A stretch of DNA of 64,000 nucleotides from Squalus acanthias. Its lineage: Eukaryota. The position numbers were made by a program, and so were the translations under genes. Of the stretch, positions 1-11,942 are shown one piece after another. The stretch covers positions 35,216,001 through 35,280,000 of the forward strand of contig CM059449.1 in the NCBI GenBank assembly GCA_030390025.1, read 5' to 3'. Under the pieces are notes generated by a model, which worked only from the letters and a program-made list of their open reading frames with translations, was not told where the DNA came from and did no database searches. The number at the start of each line of letters is the position of its first letter. Within the stretch, counting starts at the first letter, position 1.

Positions 1-1120
1 CCTTTTCCTCAACCGAGTATTCCCCTCTACTGTTTTTGAAATGGCCATTGACCATGTCCATTCTATTTCGCACACTTCTTGTCTCACCCCTTCCCCTCCC
101 TCCCAGAACCACGATAGGGTTCACCTAGTCTTCACCTTTCACGCCACCAATTTCCACATTCAACGGATCTTCATCCGCCATTTCTGCCATCTCCAGCGTG
201 ATCCCGCCACCAAACAGATCTTCCCCTCACCTCCGCTTTCAGCGTTCCGAAGGGACCGCTCCCTCCGCGACAACCTGGTCTACTCCTCTATCACGCCCAA
301 CACTCCTTCCCCTTCCCACGGCACCTTCCCGTGCATGCGCAGGGGATGCAATACCTGCCCTATTACCTCCTCCCTTCCGACTGTCGCAAACACTTCCTCC
401 AGGTGAAACAGCGATTTTCTTGTACCTCTTGATATTTAGTATACTGTATTAACTGAACAAGATGCGGTCGCTTCTACATTGGGGAGACCAAAAGCAGATT
501 GGGTGATCGCTTTGCGGAACACCTCTGCTCAGTCATTAAGCATGTCCCCGATCGCCTGTCACTTTAATTCTCCACTCCACTCCCACTCTGAAGTCTCCGG
601 CCTCGGTCTCTTGCACAGTTCCAACGAAGATCAACGTAAGCTCGAGGAACAGCACCTCATCTTTCGATTAGGCACTTTACAACCTTCTGGACTCAACATC
701 GAGTTCTACAATTTCAGACAATAACCTCGGCCCCTGTGTTTTCTTTTTTCTCTCACATGGCTGTTGATGATTTTGCCAGTGCCATTTACACTTCATCTAG
801 AGTCATCTTTTGTTTCTTAACTTGTCCCATTATTATCACCCTTTGCCTTGCACCATCAACCATTTTGTTTTTTAATCTCTACTGCCTTCCATCCTATCAC
901 AGACCTTGCCTTTGTTCTTTCCTCCCCTCCTTCCTTTCGCTGCCCCACACTTGCTTAAAAATATTTAACTTCTCCAACGATTTCCAGTTCAGACGAAGGG
1001 TCATCGAACTGAAACCTTAACTCTGTTTCTCTCTCCACGATGCTGCCTGACCTGCTGAGTTTTTCCAGCATTTTCTGTTGTTGTTTCAGATTTGCAGCAT
1101 CTGCAGTATTTTGCTATTAC
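1..1120 (+). mobile_element. Penelope-like element (family A, Neptune-type), 3' part: linker, GIY-YIG endonuclease remnant and pLTR
   Basis: Frameshifted ORFs: SAFRRDRSLRDNLV...FPCMRRGCNTCP (Cys linker) and PIACHFNS...RKLEEQHLIFRLGTLQPSGLNIEF (GIY-YIG C-terminus). Highly similar to 38770-39630. Confidence 0.9.
986..1022 (+). ncRNA. Degenerate minimal hammerhead ribozyme (PLE family A)
   Basis: AGTT CAGACGA AGGGTC ATC GAACT GAAA CC TT AACT. Three substitutions relative to the intact copy at 38178-38214, including one in the CUGA core. Confidence 0.6.
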
Positions 1121-1328
1121 TCTGGAGAGTAATATCGGGCATGGTGTAAAACCGGAGTTCCATCGATTCCGTGGATTCCCGCCCTGCCAGTTAGGTTAAA
1201 ATTAACCCTCAGAGGCTTTGGAGTGACAAGATAGAGGGTGCAGGCATTTTCACAGAAATATAACTGTGGATTGATCATCTTCTCAAGCTAAGGAGAGTTA
1301 GTAATCTTAATTCCACCTTTTTGCAGCT

Positions 1329-2670
1329 AATTTGGTAACAATTGTGTTTCTCTTCTGCGGAGGTTACGGCCTTTCCAAATGCAGCACCCGTTAACTGGTG
1401 GCCATGGCTGCGGCGGCTCCACTGCTGCTGATATCTGATGTAATAGTATATGAGATTCAAGATATTAATTGTGCATATTCATTGTTGAATTAAGCTCCAA
1501 TTTGCTGTCTCAATCTCGCCCTAATTTTTACATATGTCGACTGTTCTATCTGGTTAACTGTCCCATTCACCTTTGATCGGTTTGTGACCATGTATTGCCA
1601 AATTTGCCAACAGTATATTACAGCGAAGACAATTCGGCAGTGGTTATAGCAGCGAAGCGTTCCATGAGCTTTTTATAAAGTGTTCCAATCTACATTGTAT
1701 ATGAAACTCGTGAAATAATTGGCAATGTACCATTGTCTTCCTTTGCAAAATCAAGCTTTTATACCTTAAACATATGGGTCGCATATTTGTAGTTGGAAAC
1801 TATTTTAACTCCATTAGCTGGACTGCTTTTCATTTTACTGCTGAATGCTCTGCTCATCAGACGCATTGTACTTGCAACTAGGGTGAGGAGGGGACTCCGA
1901 GGAAAAGACAATGGGCCAGAAATTTTCGGGTGAGTACGCGCTGTGTACTCACCCGTAAGGCCACCTGAAGTGCCGGTTTCCTGCATGCACTGTGCATGCG
2001 CGGGAAACCTGAACTTCCGCTCCCCTGAAGGGAGGGGTTCAGAAATCGAACGCGTGCGCGGTAGAGGCTGCGCGCACGCAGCGAACTTCAGTTTTTTTCA
2101 GGTTTCTCCGGGAAGGTAAGTATGGAAAAGCTGCACTTTTAAAAAGGAGGCGCAAGGCCAGTTTTTAAAAAGGTAAGTGGTTCATTAATTACAATTTAAA
2201 AAAATGTTCAACAGGTTTATCTTTCTTAGATACTTTAAAGAAAGGTAAATTTATTTTTAGCACCGTTAAAAAGTATAATTCATTTTTTCAAAATTTTAAA
2301 TTTTTGTTTAAAGTAGTTAATTTATTTAACTTATAATTATTTTAAAAATGTGATGTTTTTTTTAAATTTATTTGAAGTTTAAGTGTGGTTTTGAGGCCGA
2401 TCTGTATTCTTAGATTTGACAGGTCTTCCTGTCAAATCTATGAATGAAAATGCCCTGCTAGGATTGGCTCTCCATGGCCCACGTGATCCCAGGGGATGCT
2501 TCGAACGAACTGCGTCCCTGGGATACACAAGCACCCGAAGTCCTCCTGGGCCCAAAGCACAACTGCAGGTCGGTAGGCAAGTACGCGCGCGATGCTTGCA
2601 CCCGCAGGAAGCCGGAAATGCGAATTTCTGTCCCAATAGTTAGAATCCCAATGAAGCAGAGACGGAGACT
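1329..2670 (+). pseudogene. GPR139-like GPCR pseudogene, exon 2 (TM1 to ICL3), interrupted by a MITE and 3'-truncated
   Basis: TTTTTGCAG acceptor, then NLVTIVFLFCGGYGLSKCSTR*LVAMAAAAPLLL...DCSIWLTVPFTFDRFVT, with stops and frameshifts. Homology resumes after the MITE (S*NPNEAETET) and ends near 2670. Confidence 0.9.
1913..2634 (+). mobile_element. Hairpin-rich MITE copy M1 (probable PIF/Harbinger group)
   Basis: TIRs GGGCCAGAAATT / AATTTCTGTCCC; AAT on both flanks (1910-1912, 2635-2637). Removing one AAT restores alignment to the intact GPCR paralogues. Confidence 0.85.
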
Positions 2671-3283
2671 TATATAATAACCTGTCTGTAAACCCATAAC
2701 CTACTTAAGAAATTAGTTTTAATTTATAATTTGCCTTTTCAGGGTTTGACGTGTGATGCGGAATTCTTCGTGATTTCAGTTTTCCAGAATAAAAATAATT
2801 AAAAAATGATCTGCCCACATGTTGAGTATAGTCTATTATTTTTTATATAATTTATGCCTTGTCTTACTAAAGCCGAAGAAAGCAGAAGCAACACATATTT
2901 TATCTCGAGCGATACTTTACTGGGTAGAATTCGGACGTTGGAGGTTCTTCCGATCCGCGACCACAACTTGCGCCGTTCAGACCGGCTCTCCCGGCAGATC
3001 TCGGTAACTTATCCTAATGGATAGTTTATTCTTTTCAGTAATATTAACCAACAGGAATCAAGCTGCGATGCGAATACTTGGCTCCGACGGAAAATATCAA
3101 GACTATCTACATTTGCGACGAAATCCCGATTAAATTGTTTAGTTTAAAAATTTTGAACAAATTGTGCTGCCTGTCCGGTTATTACATGAGGAATATGTCG
3201 GAAACTTTGAGTTTTCTAATAAGTTATTTATTTGCTGCTGGTAATTAATGTCTGCACATCAACAACATCACAACAAAGATAAT

Positions 3284-4043
3284 GGGCCGTATTTTCCGAT
3301 CGGAGGCTTCCTCCGTGCGGAGGCCTCCGATCTGGAAAAAGCTACGGACTTGCATGAGAGCTGCCCAGGTGCGTATACTTTCGCTCCTGGGCCTCTCGAA
3401 ACTCGAAATTCGCAGGCCCAAGGTATCCCAGATGCGCATGCAGTTCGCAATCGTCCCTGGGATCACGTGGGCCATGTGGAGCAAATAGGAGAAGGGAATC
3501 TCCCTTCATACACTTGACAGATAGACCTGTCAAATATATGAATGGAGATCACCGCAAAAACAGTGTAAAATATTAAATAAATTAAAAAATAAAACCACAT
3601 TTTTTAACTGAGTTGAAATTACAATAAACTAAATATTCAAAACAAAAATAGAATTTTTTGAAAAAAATTATTAATGTTTTTTGCGTGGCTAAAAATAAAC
3701 TTACCTTTTTAAAAGTATTTTAAAATGATAAATGAGTGAAAAACAGTTTTTTTTTTACTTTTTTCAACTGTTATGCTGGTAAAAGCAGGCCTTGCACCTG
3801 CTTTTACCAGGCATAAGATTTCTAAGGGTTTTCAGCGGACGGAGGTTCATCAGAAAGCGGATCTATCCGCCCGCAGAGGCCCTTCTCAAGGGCAGCCGTC
3901 CGATCTGTCAAGAGCATTCTTGACAGATCGGAAATGCTGGTTTTCAGCGCATGCGCTTGGCATGCCTGAAACCGGCATATCCGATTTTCCTACGGGTGTG
4001 TACACAGCGCGTACACACCCGTAGGCATCGGAATATACGGCCC
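3284..4043 (-). mobile_element. Hairpin-rich MITE copy M2
   Basis: 17-bp TIRs GGGCCGTATTTTCCGAT / ATCGGAATATACGGCCC (one mismatch). Absent from the paralogous introns near 17905 and 46298. Confidence 0.9.
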
Positions 4044-4107
4044 ATTATTATTACACCGACAGCAGGGACAGTGATACAGGTGAATATTAACTAAATATAA
4101 GCGGTTT

Positions 4108-4181
4108 ATTCTGATATCGAACTTTTGAAAGAATACGGTAGTATATTATTTCTATCTGTATGATTATTATCGGCTGTCATA
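4108..4181 (-). pseudogene. Degenerate exon 1 of the GPCR pseudogene unit
   Basis: Reverse strand resembles QPIIIIQIEIIYYRILSKV, with a frameshifted start and a lost GT donor. Flanks 3130-3280 and 4045-4690 align with the intron and promoter of the two open genes. Confidence 0.75.
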
Positions 4182-5307
4182 TTTTCGGAGCGGTGCGACG
4201 CTTTCTGTCAGTCTTATGGATAGACAGATATTCTGCTTTCAAAATGAGGTATTGCTCAGCCGTGAGAGAAAGCTCAAGTGACTAAACAGCTTTGTACAAT
4301 TGGCATCAGTTAAATTCATTTGAACAAACAGATTAAGCCGAGCCGTATTTGCTCCTACTGATCAGGGAGCAGGACATTTCACGTGGGAAAAAAATAAGTC
4401 GATAATATTACTTGACCATATTTAACAATAAAATATTTGGAAATCTGCACTCCTAAAGTAAAGGTACAGAATCCTGAGGTCATTCTATTAGAGGCTCATG
4501 GAAGGCATTTGATGAAATAACTGTTCACATTTGCACCATCTACATCTTACGTGCATCATAATTTTTGTCTTTATAATTTATATTCTGTATGATATCAGTA
4601 CTAGGAAGCGCCGTGGCTTACGTGAGATCGAAGAGCCTTCAGAGATACACACAGAAAATGTTATAGTCAGTAGTATACAGCTCAGCAACCCCACGGTGTA
4701 AGAATGAGGAGGGTTAATGCAAAAATCTTTTAGCCTTTTGAAAAAACGAAATTATTTGCTAAACAAGCAGTTTTTGCAAAAGTAAGCTGCAAACAACGGC
4801 TACATCCTGTTATTGACTAAAGTCGTTGCAAACCCGATGCTGTTGCACATTCTATGTCGTTGCGAGGCCTATGTCACCCACGAGGTCGAGAGGAACAGAA
4901 GGAGACATTAGGGTATCTTTGTTCAAAGTGCTAGACAAAGACAAGGAAGTGGCAATAACGGCTATATGCTAACGTTCTCGTTAAGCGAACCTGGCGTTAA
5001 CAGACACGATTGGACTTTGTTAGTCTAATGATTAGAATTTGAAGGATAAAACAAGAGGGTTTGTGAAAATTCAGCGCAGAGATAGAAGATCCACGAGGGA
5101 TGTCGAGCGTGTGTCGGTGGTCTTAATGCTGGCCAGAGCCGAACACCTATCTAGCTAAAGAAGCAGACGATGCACACTGTTCTGTCCAGCCACTGAACGG
5201 GTAATAACCATTCAGAACTGTAAAACACTGCTGTCTGCTGTGTGGACTAATTAAAGATTCACTGTAACCAATTGGAATCTAGTCCGAATCCTTGAGAGTT
5301 CTAGCAG

Positions 5308-5325
5308 TGGCGACCACGAAGGAAC
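5308..5325 (+). other. Primer-binding site complementary to the 3' end of tRNA-Arg(UCG)
   Basis: TGGCGACCACGAAGGAAC, 1 nt after the 5' LTR. Matches 17/18 of TGGCGACCACGAAGGGAC, the complement of vertebrate tRNA-Arg(UCG)+CCA as I recall it. Confidence 0.8.
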
Positions 5326-5457
5326 GTGATGAACAGCTATTTCGGTGAGCAGTGCGTCTTTGTGTCTGTCAGGAGACGCAACCACAGATCGTAGGGAGAT
5401 AACCTAACGGGAGACTGGAAGATATAATCACCCACCAGACATCAAAGGGCCACAAAG

Positions 5458-7290
5458 ATGTCAAAAAGGGTTAACGTTGAAGAAGCGCTTGAACAAGAGT
5501 TAAGTAAGTTGAGTTTTAAGGATACTCAAACGTTAGTGTCAGAGTGTCTGACTAGCGAGACATCGGGCCGGATTTTCCGATCGGAGGCTTCCTGCGTGCG
5601 GATGCCTCCGATCGGGAAAAAGCTACGGACTTACCAGCTGGCTCCGTAGGTCACGAGACTTTCGATCCTGGGCCTCTCCGGATCCGCACCCGCAGAGGCC
5701 CAGGTATCCCAGGGGCGCAGGCGGTTCGCAAGCATCCATGGGATCATGTGGGCCATGGGGAACCAATTAAAGAAGATAATCCCCCTGCACACTTTTGACA
5801 GGTCTCCACGGATAGATCTGTCAAAAGTTTGAATGGGGATCACATTTAAAAACAGAGTTCAACATTAAATATTTTTTTTTAAATCACATATTTAAAATTA
5901 GTTAAAATTACATTAAATTAAATATTTTAAACAACAATGTAACTTCTTGAAAAAATAATTAACGTTTTTTACGGGGCTAAAAATAAACTTACATTTTTAA
6001 AAATTATAAATGAGTGAAAGAAAATTATTTATTTTTTTAAACTCTAATTTTGTTAAAAGCAGGCCTTACGCCTGCTTTTACCAGGCGTAAGATTTTTATA
6101 GGTTTTCAGCGGGCGGATGTTGTGCAGAAAGCGGAACTCTTGCCCACGGAGGCCCTTCTGCCGGGCAGGCGGATGATCTGTCAAGATGATTCTTGACAGA
6201 TCGGAAGTGGCGGATTTTAGCGCATGCGCTTCGCATGTCTGAAACCGGCACTTGCCGGGCTTCTATGGGTGCGGCACACCTCGTACGCACTTGTGTGGGG
6301 TCGGAATAACTGGCCCATCGTCTTCAGAAAAAGCGGTGAAGTATATTCTGGGACAAGTAGACGATAAAATAATTAAGTTAGACAAAGGAATGACATTACT
6401 CGTCTATGCGGATCATGTTTGTGCACAGAAAAATGCTGAAAAATTTAAGGACCTAGGGAGACAAATTGAGCAGTTAAAACAGTCATTATAAAATGAAAAG
6501 CAATTTAAACATCAATTAAACGCTATAGTAGAACAGGAAAATGTAGCAAATGTCACAGCCTGTGCCGCGGTGATGGAAGCGGCTGAAACTAAAAGACAGT
6601 GAGAAGAAACCGAACGAGAAAACGAAAAACTTAACAGAGAATTTGAAGACGTCCGGGGAGCACTCCGTGAGGCGATTAAGCAGCCTCACGTCACCGAAGC
6701 GCTGACCATAAGTAGAAGCTAAAAAATTACGAATTACACGGTAAATTAGGTAAACAAGCGGCTTTGATCTCGGCTGTGTCCGCAGGCACAAAAGTCGATG
6801 ACTGCACTGATATCGACTGGGGAAGGTTGGATTGGGAAGCTTCACAGTTACATAGTCCTGTCTACCTCACCCCGCGCCCCGACCCACACACAACGCCTCC
6901 TCACCCCCGATGATTCGCGACCACCTCCGGTCTGTGAAACAACGGGGGTCCGCCACTATAATGGCAAAAACACTCTGATGAAAGTCCGAGAGTCCATGAT
7001 GCCGGTGAGTCAAAAGGATGCTGAGAAACTGGCTCGGGAGCTAGGACCTATTAAGGCCGGGGACGATCCTATTGATGTCACATGGAGAAGAAGAAGACAA
7101 TCTGTTCAAAACAGTCTCTTCCTTGCAATGAAAACGTTTCTCAAAAAACCTCAGAGAAATCTCCACAGCATTGTGCAGGAGGAAAGAGGCTTGGAGTGTC
7201 CGCTTGAAACTTCGAATCATAGCAGAATGGAATTCAATAGAAAACATCAGAATGTGAAAATTGGTTTAAGGAAAAAGGATAACAAATAGT
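5458..7290 (+). pseudogene. gag-like coiled-coil ORF remnant split by MITE M3
   Basis: MSKRVNVEEALEQELSKL...CLTSET joins in frame to SSSEKAVKYILGQVDDK...IEQLKQSL once M3 is removed. Stops and frameshifts follow. It sits just downstream of the PBS. Confidence 0.6.
5565..6316 (-). mobile_element. Hairpin-rich MITE copy M3
   Basis: TIRs GGGCCGGATTTTCCGA / TCGGAATAACTGGCCC; ATC on both flanks; closely similar to M2. Confidence 0.9.
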
Positions 7291-10200
7291 TTTGATGGAA
7301 TAAAGCAGAAAAGGAAAGCCCAATCTCTTTTCTACCGATCCATAGTTATTTGGTATTCAGTATGAATGTTGATGTATTTTTTTAAAAACTGCATGTGTGA
7401 ATGTTACTGCGGCTGTGGCTCTTCCCTCTTTTCATTCTGGAGTGTGTGTAGAGTTTAAGATTAAATTGGAGTTATTGAGGTTAACTTACCTATCAAATTA
7501 TGAAAACCAGACTTTCATTGTGGCCAGGGTGAAATTCTGGTTGCAGTAAATTGTATGAAACCGAATGCTGTTACTGTGTGTATGGTATCGGGCAAATGTC
7601 TTAAAATGTATTTGAAAGCTGCAAGAAGTTGTGCAACGCAAGCTGACATTGATTGCTGACGTGTGGGTTTGCCTTCCTTTGAAATGAGAAAAAGGGAAGT
7701 TAACTCCCACCAGCAGATGTGTGTTTTGTAGACACCTTGGGCATTTTTAATTTTTTTTTAAAAATTTGATGGATGTTTCCTCACATTGAGGAAATGGATT
7801 CAGAACTGTACAAATGACGAGTTAAGCCATTGACTCGCAGGAGAGCCACAATGGATGTTCTGTTTTTCTTTTAAGCAGAGTTCCATATGTGTGTCGATGG
7901 TGCAAGATTACCAAGAGGGGTTCTTTGATATAGAAATGACTTCAAGGTGTTACAAAAATTGAACGTAAGACGTTGCCTTTCGAATTGTTATCGTCCAAGA
8001 CAAATTGCTCAAGGGGGAAGTACACGATGTTCATCCAAACACAATTGTTACTTTTGTTTTCTTTTGTAAATTCACGAGTCTGGATATAATTTGTTTGTGA
8101 AATTAAAATTAATAGATACATTGATACGAGTTGTTGTTCACACACTCGGGAAGGGAAATTTAACTGAAATTTAATGGGCTAATCACATTTTGTTTTTGAA
8201 AAGGTCCCATCTACGTGGTTCTGTCCGAACTGTGTGTTAAAACAATTGTTTTGGGGGAAAACTGTTCTGTTAAAGTTAACGAACATCCCTCATCTGCAGA
8301 CTGAACTGCTCTATGATATATTTTTGAGAATACAAAGTCTAATAAGAGTTTAATTAGAATGAACAAATGTGTGTTCATAACTTGGATTGATTTCGGAAGT
8401 TTGTTAAATGGTAATGATCATATTGTACTGGACATTGAAGTTTCTCCAGGTCTCCTGAATGAGATGAAATGGTAATATAGCGGGATTTTTTTCTAAAATC
8501 ACTTCCCCAGGTGATTTTGGGTGATTGCAGGAACCTGAACAGGTGTTAGGAAAAGATTTTTGAGTGCAACCCTGAGTTACATGACAAGATTTTCAGTTTG
8601 GTATCAATACAAATTATATTGAAAGTCAGGAAAGTGTACGTGATAATCGTAGATTGACATGTTTCTCTTGAAGATGTTTGTGTCTTTGCCAAGACTGAAC
8701 AATAGCTTGGGCACTACCTAGATGAGAAAAAATCTCCGATCTTTTCATAAGATAAATTAAAACCCCAGGAATGGCTTGTATCTGATGTCAAGTGTGGTAT
8801 GAAACTGAGATACCGGTGTTTATGCAAATATGATATGTTGCACATGAGGCAACTAGCATGCGGACACGCATGGTGAAGATGCACTGAAGAACGGTTCTCA
8901 GACGTGCGCAGTTATTGGACAACAGCACGACATGAAATGGTTAATGTGGCTCAGGAGAGTGAGTCAACTTTTATTCAAGACACTGACATATTCCATAGCA
9001 AAACTGCCATTTTAAATGAAACAATATAGAGTTAAACGCACTGGTACTTATCAGACGGATTGAAATTAGAGTAAAGCATAGAATTTGGATTTCTTAAATT
9101 CAGGAGGGAGACCACAATGGATTTGTAGTAACTGAAAGCTAGTGGGAAATGATACTTAGTAAGAAAATCCACAAGATGCATAATGGTAAGGACAGCTGGA
9201 GAATCTTTTAAGTCTATGATTACTTATTGACATGATCAATAGTAGTGTTCATTTTGTCAGCAGTACACACGTCACCAAATTTGTGTCAAGGCAAACATAA
9301 CATCTTCTATGCTTTACAAAACGTTTGAATAAAAGTTCAAATAGATTGGAACTTACTACATTAATTAATAAATAATTGTGTAATTATGAGGAGTCGGAAG
9401 CGATTTGTCGTCCACAAGTCGGGGATGTAAGAATGCAAAGGGTTAATTCAGAAACTATAAGCTTTTTTTTACAAAACTAAGTTATTTACTAAAGGAGCAG
9501 TTTTTGTAAAAGTAAGCTGCAAACCACGGCTACATTCTGTTATTGACTAAAGCCGTTGCAAAGCCTATGCTAGTGCAAAGCTTATGTCATCGCGAAGCCT
9601 ATGTCACACACGAGGTCGAGAAAACCAGAAGGAGACATTCGGGTATTAAGATGCAAGACAAAAATAAGGACGTGTCATAAAGGCTACGTGCCTACCTGCT
9701 CGTTAAACGAACCTGACGTGGTCAAACACAATTGGACTTTGTTTGTCAAGTGATCAGTACCTTGAAGGATAAAAGAAGAGGGATTGCTAACATTCAGACC
9801 AGAGATATAAGGTCCACGAGGGATGTCGAGCGTGTGTAGGTGGTCGAAATGCTGTCTGGAGCCTAACTCCTACCTAGCTAAATAATACGACGATGGAAGC
9901 TATTCTGTCCAGTCATTGAACGGGTAATAACCATTCAGAACTGTAAATTGCTGCTGTCTGCTGTGTGCACTAATAAAGGATTCACTGTAAACAATTGGTG
10001 TCAAGTACAAATCCTTAAGACTTCTAACAACGGATATGCTGAGATGTTGGATTTCAGCATCAAGAGGCATTGGGCGGAGGGGAAGGAGACAGGGTCTGAT
10101 ATGATATATGTCGGGGGTGAGAAAGATAAATGTGGATAAACATCTCAGTAGCCGTTTGGAAGGGATATGGAAATTTATGGCCGTCAAATTCTAAGGAGCT

Positions 10201-11344
10201 GAAGGGTAAAAATGAGATTCACGTCGGCTGTGCAGCCAGAATTTGGAGCGGGACCCGGTTAGGCACCTCGGGTCAATGGCAAGTAGCCCTGACTGAAGCC
10301 GAGTTAGTTTAGAAATATGGCCCATTCCCCTAATGCCTGTCACATTTTAGATATTTCACCATTTGGTCAACGATGAATTTTGATGTGATGCATATTAAAA
10401 TGAGAATGTGCAGTCATATTGTTCCCAAAAGTGATTACCATTCGCACTGCAGCAGATGATGCGATTTAGGGGGAAGGTTGGGTGGCGGGAAGAGGTTCCA
10501 GATTTTTATATGAAAGTTAGATTGTCCACTTTGTGCTACTTGAATGTTATTTTCGTAAACTTTCCAAAAGTTCTGTCCAAACTTATTCCCGAAAGTTGCA
10601 TCCCCAGTTGGAACTGAGGTCGTTAATCCAAGTCAGGGCAGCGATTTCAGCCATTACAATTCGCCTCAACTACCTTCGATGATGTGGGGAAAATCTTACC
10701 GATTCTCTTTTTTGAAATTATATTCGCGGCCCCTCCGAAAGTGTGCATGTTGGGAAAGTTTGGTGGGATTTTTTTGCTGTGATGTTGTAACATAATGACA
10801 TTTTGTTTGTGTTTTAATTTGCATGATTTCAAATTGGAAGGGGAAACATGACTTATGCATAGATTTAACAAATTGCATCATTCAGAGAACGCCATTGTTA
10901 CCATGTCAGTGATGACGTTAACTGTGCAGACCTGTCAGTCTGTGCAAGAAGAATTATCGAATCTGATGGGATTCATTGCGTTTTTTTCTGCCTTTGTTTG
11001 AAAATAAATTAAGGGAAAATGATTTTTGGTGAATGAAAAGCCTAGTTGTAAAGGGAATGTGTATGGACTGAGAACCGATGCAGTCAGCTGATTTTACCTC
11101 TCTAATTATGTATCAATTAAGGCAAATTTTAATGGAAGGAGCCAATATATGTCGACATTAAAGCATTCCCTCACAAGCTATGGGGTCAATCGACCTCCCA
11201 TTTTGTTGACTTCAAGGTAATTTCTGTAGGTGGATTAATTTCCACTGTAACAGCACGTTTCACTTTCCCCTTGTATTTAATGCTGACTTGCGATCTGAAC
11301 TCTTGGTTTAAAGAGTTTACATATAATTACAATTCATGTGCAAC

Positions 11345-11830
11345 TCGAGCCTCCTCTCATTCTTCCTCATCTAAGTCTATCAACATAACTCTCTATACCC
11401 TTCTCCCTCATATGCATATGCCGCTTTCCCTTAAATGGTTCCATGCTATTCGCCTCAACTATTCCCTGTGGTAGCGAGCTCCTCATTCTCACCAGTCTCT
11501 GAATAAAGGCGTTTCTTCTGAATTCCCTGTTTGATTTCTTGGTGACTATTTTATATTGATGGACTCTAGTTTCCCTCTTCCCCAGAAGTGTAAACACTCG
11601 CTCTGTGTCTACTCTATCGAAACGTTTCACAATTTTAAATACTTCTATTAGGAAATCCCTCGGGTTTCTCTTTCCAGCAGAAAAGAGACCCAGCCTGTTC
11701 TTCCTATCCTTATATCTATAACGTCGTAGTTCTGGTATCACCCTTCGAATTTTTTGCACCCTCTCCATGCCACTATGTGATTTTTTTATAATATGATAAC
11801 CAAGAATTGAACAGATTACTCCCAGTGTGA
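11345..11830 (-). mobile_element. CR1 LINE 3' fragment
   Basis: RLGLFS...DFLIEVFKIVKRFDRVD...TRVHQYKI...RRNAFIQRLVRMRSSLPQ, the typical CR1 ORF2 C-terminus. Confidence 0.85.
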
Positions 11831-11942
11831 CGGCAGTAGGGGATGAGGGAAACATTAAGGGAACCGGTGTCGAATTTAGATCAGTTAAACGCAACAGATA
11901 TGCTATTCTAATTGATTTTATTTCGAACCTGAAAAATTATTA

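Larger units (their letters stand above)
4697..10029 (+). mobile_element. Non-autonomous ERV-like LTR element (two ~610-bp LTRs, tRNA-Arg PBS, gag remnant, no recognisable pol)
   Basis: LTRs 4697-5306 and 9426-10029 (TGTAAG...CA); 4-bp TSD ACGG at 4693-4696 and 10030-10033. The empty site is visible in the paralogous unit near 46960. Confidence 0.9.

Noticed and set aside
2379-2697. Overlapping short ORFs within MITE arms (also in M2-M7)
   Set aside because: They arise from GC-rich palindromic sequence; frames are not conserved between copies.
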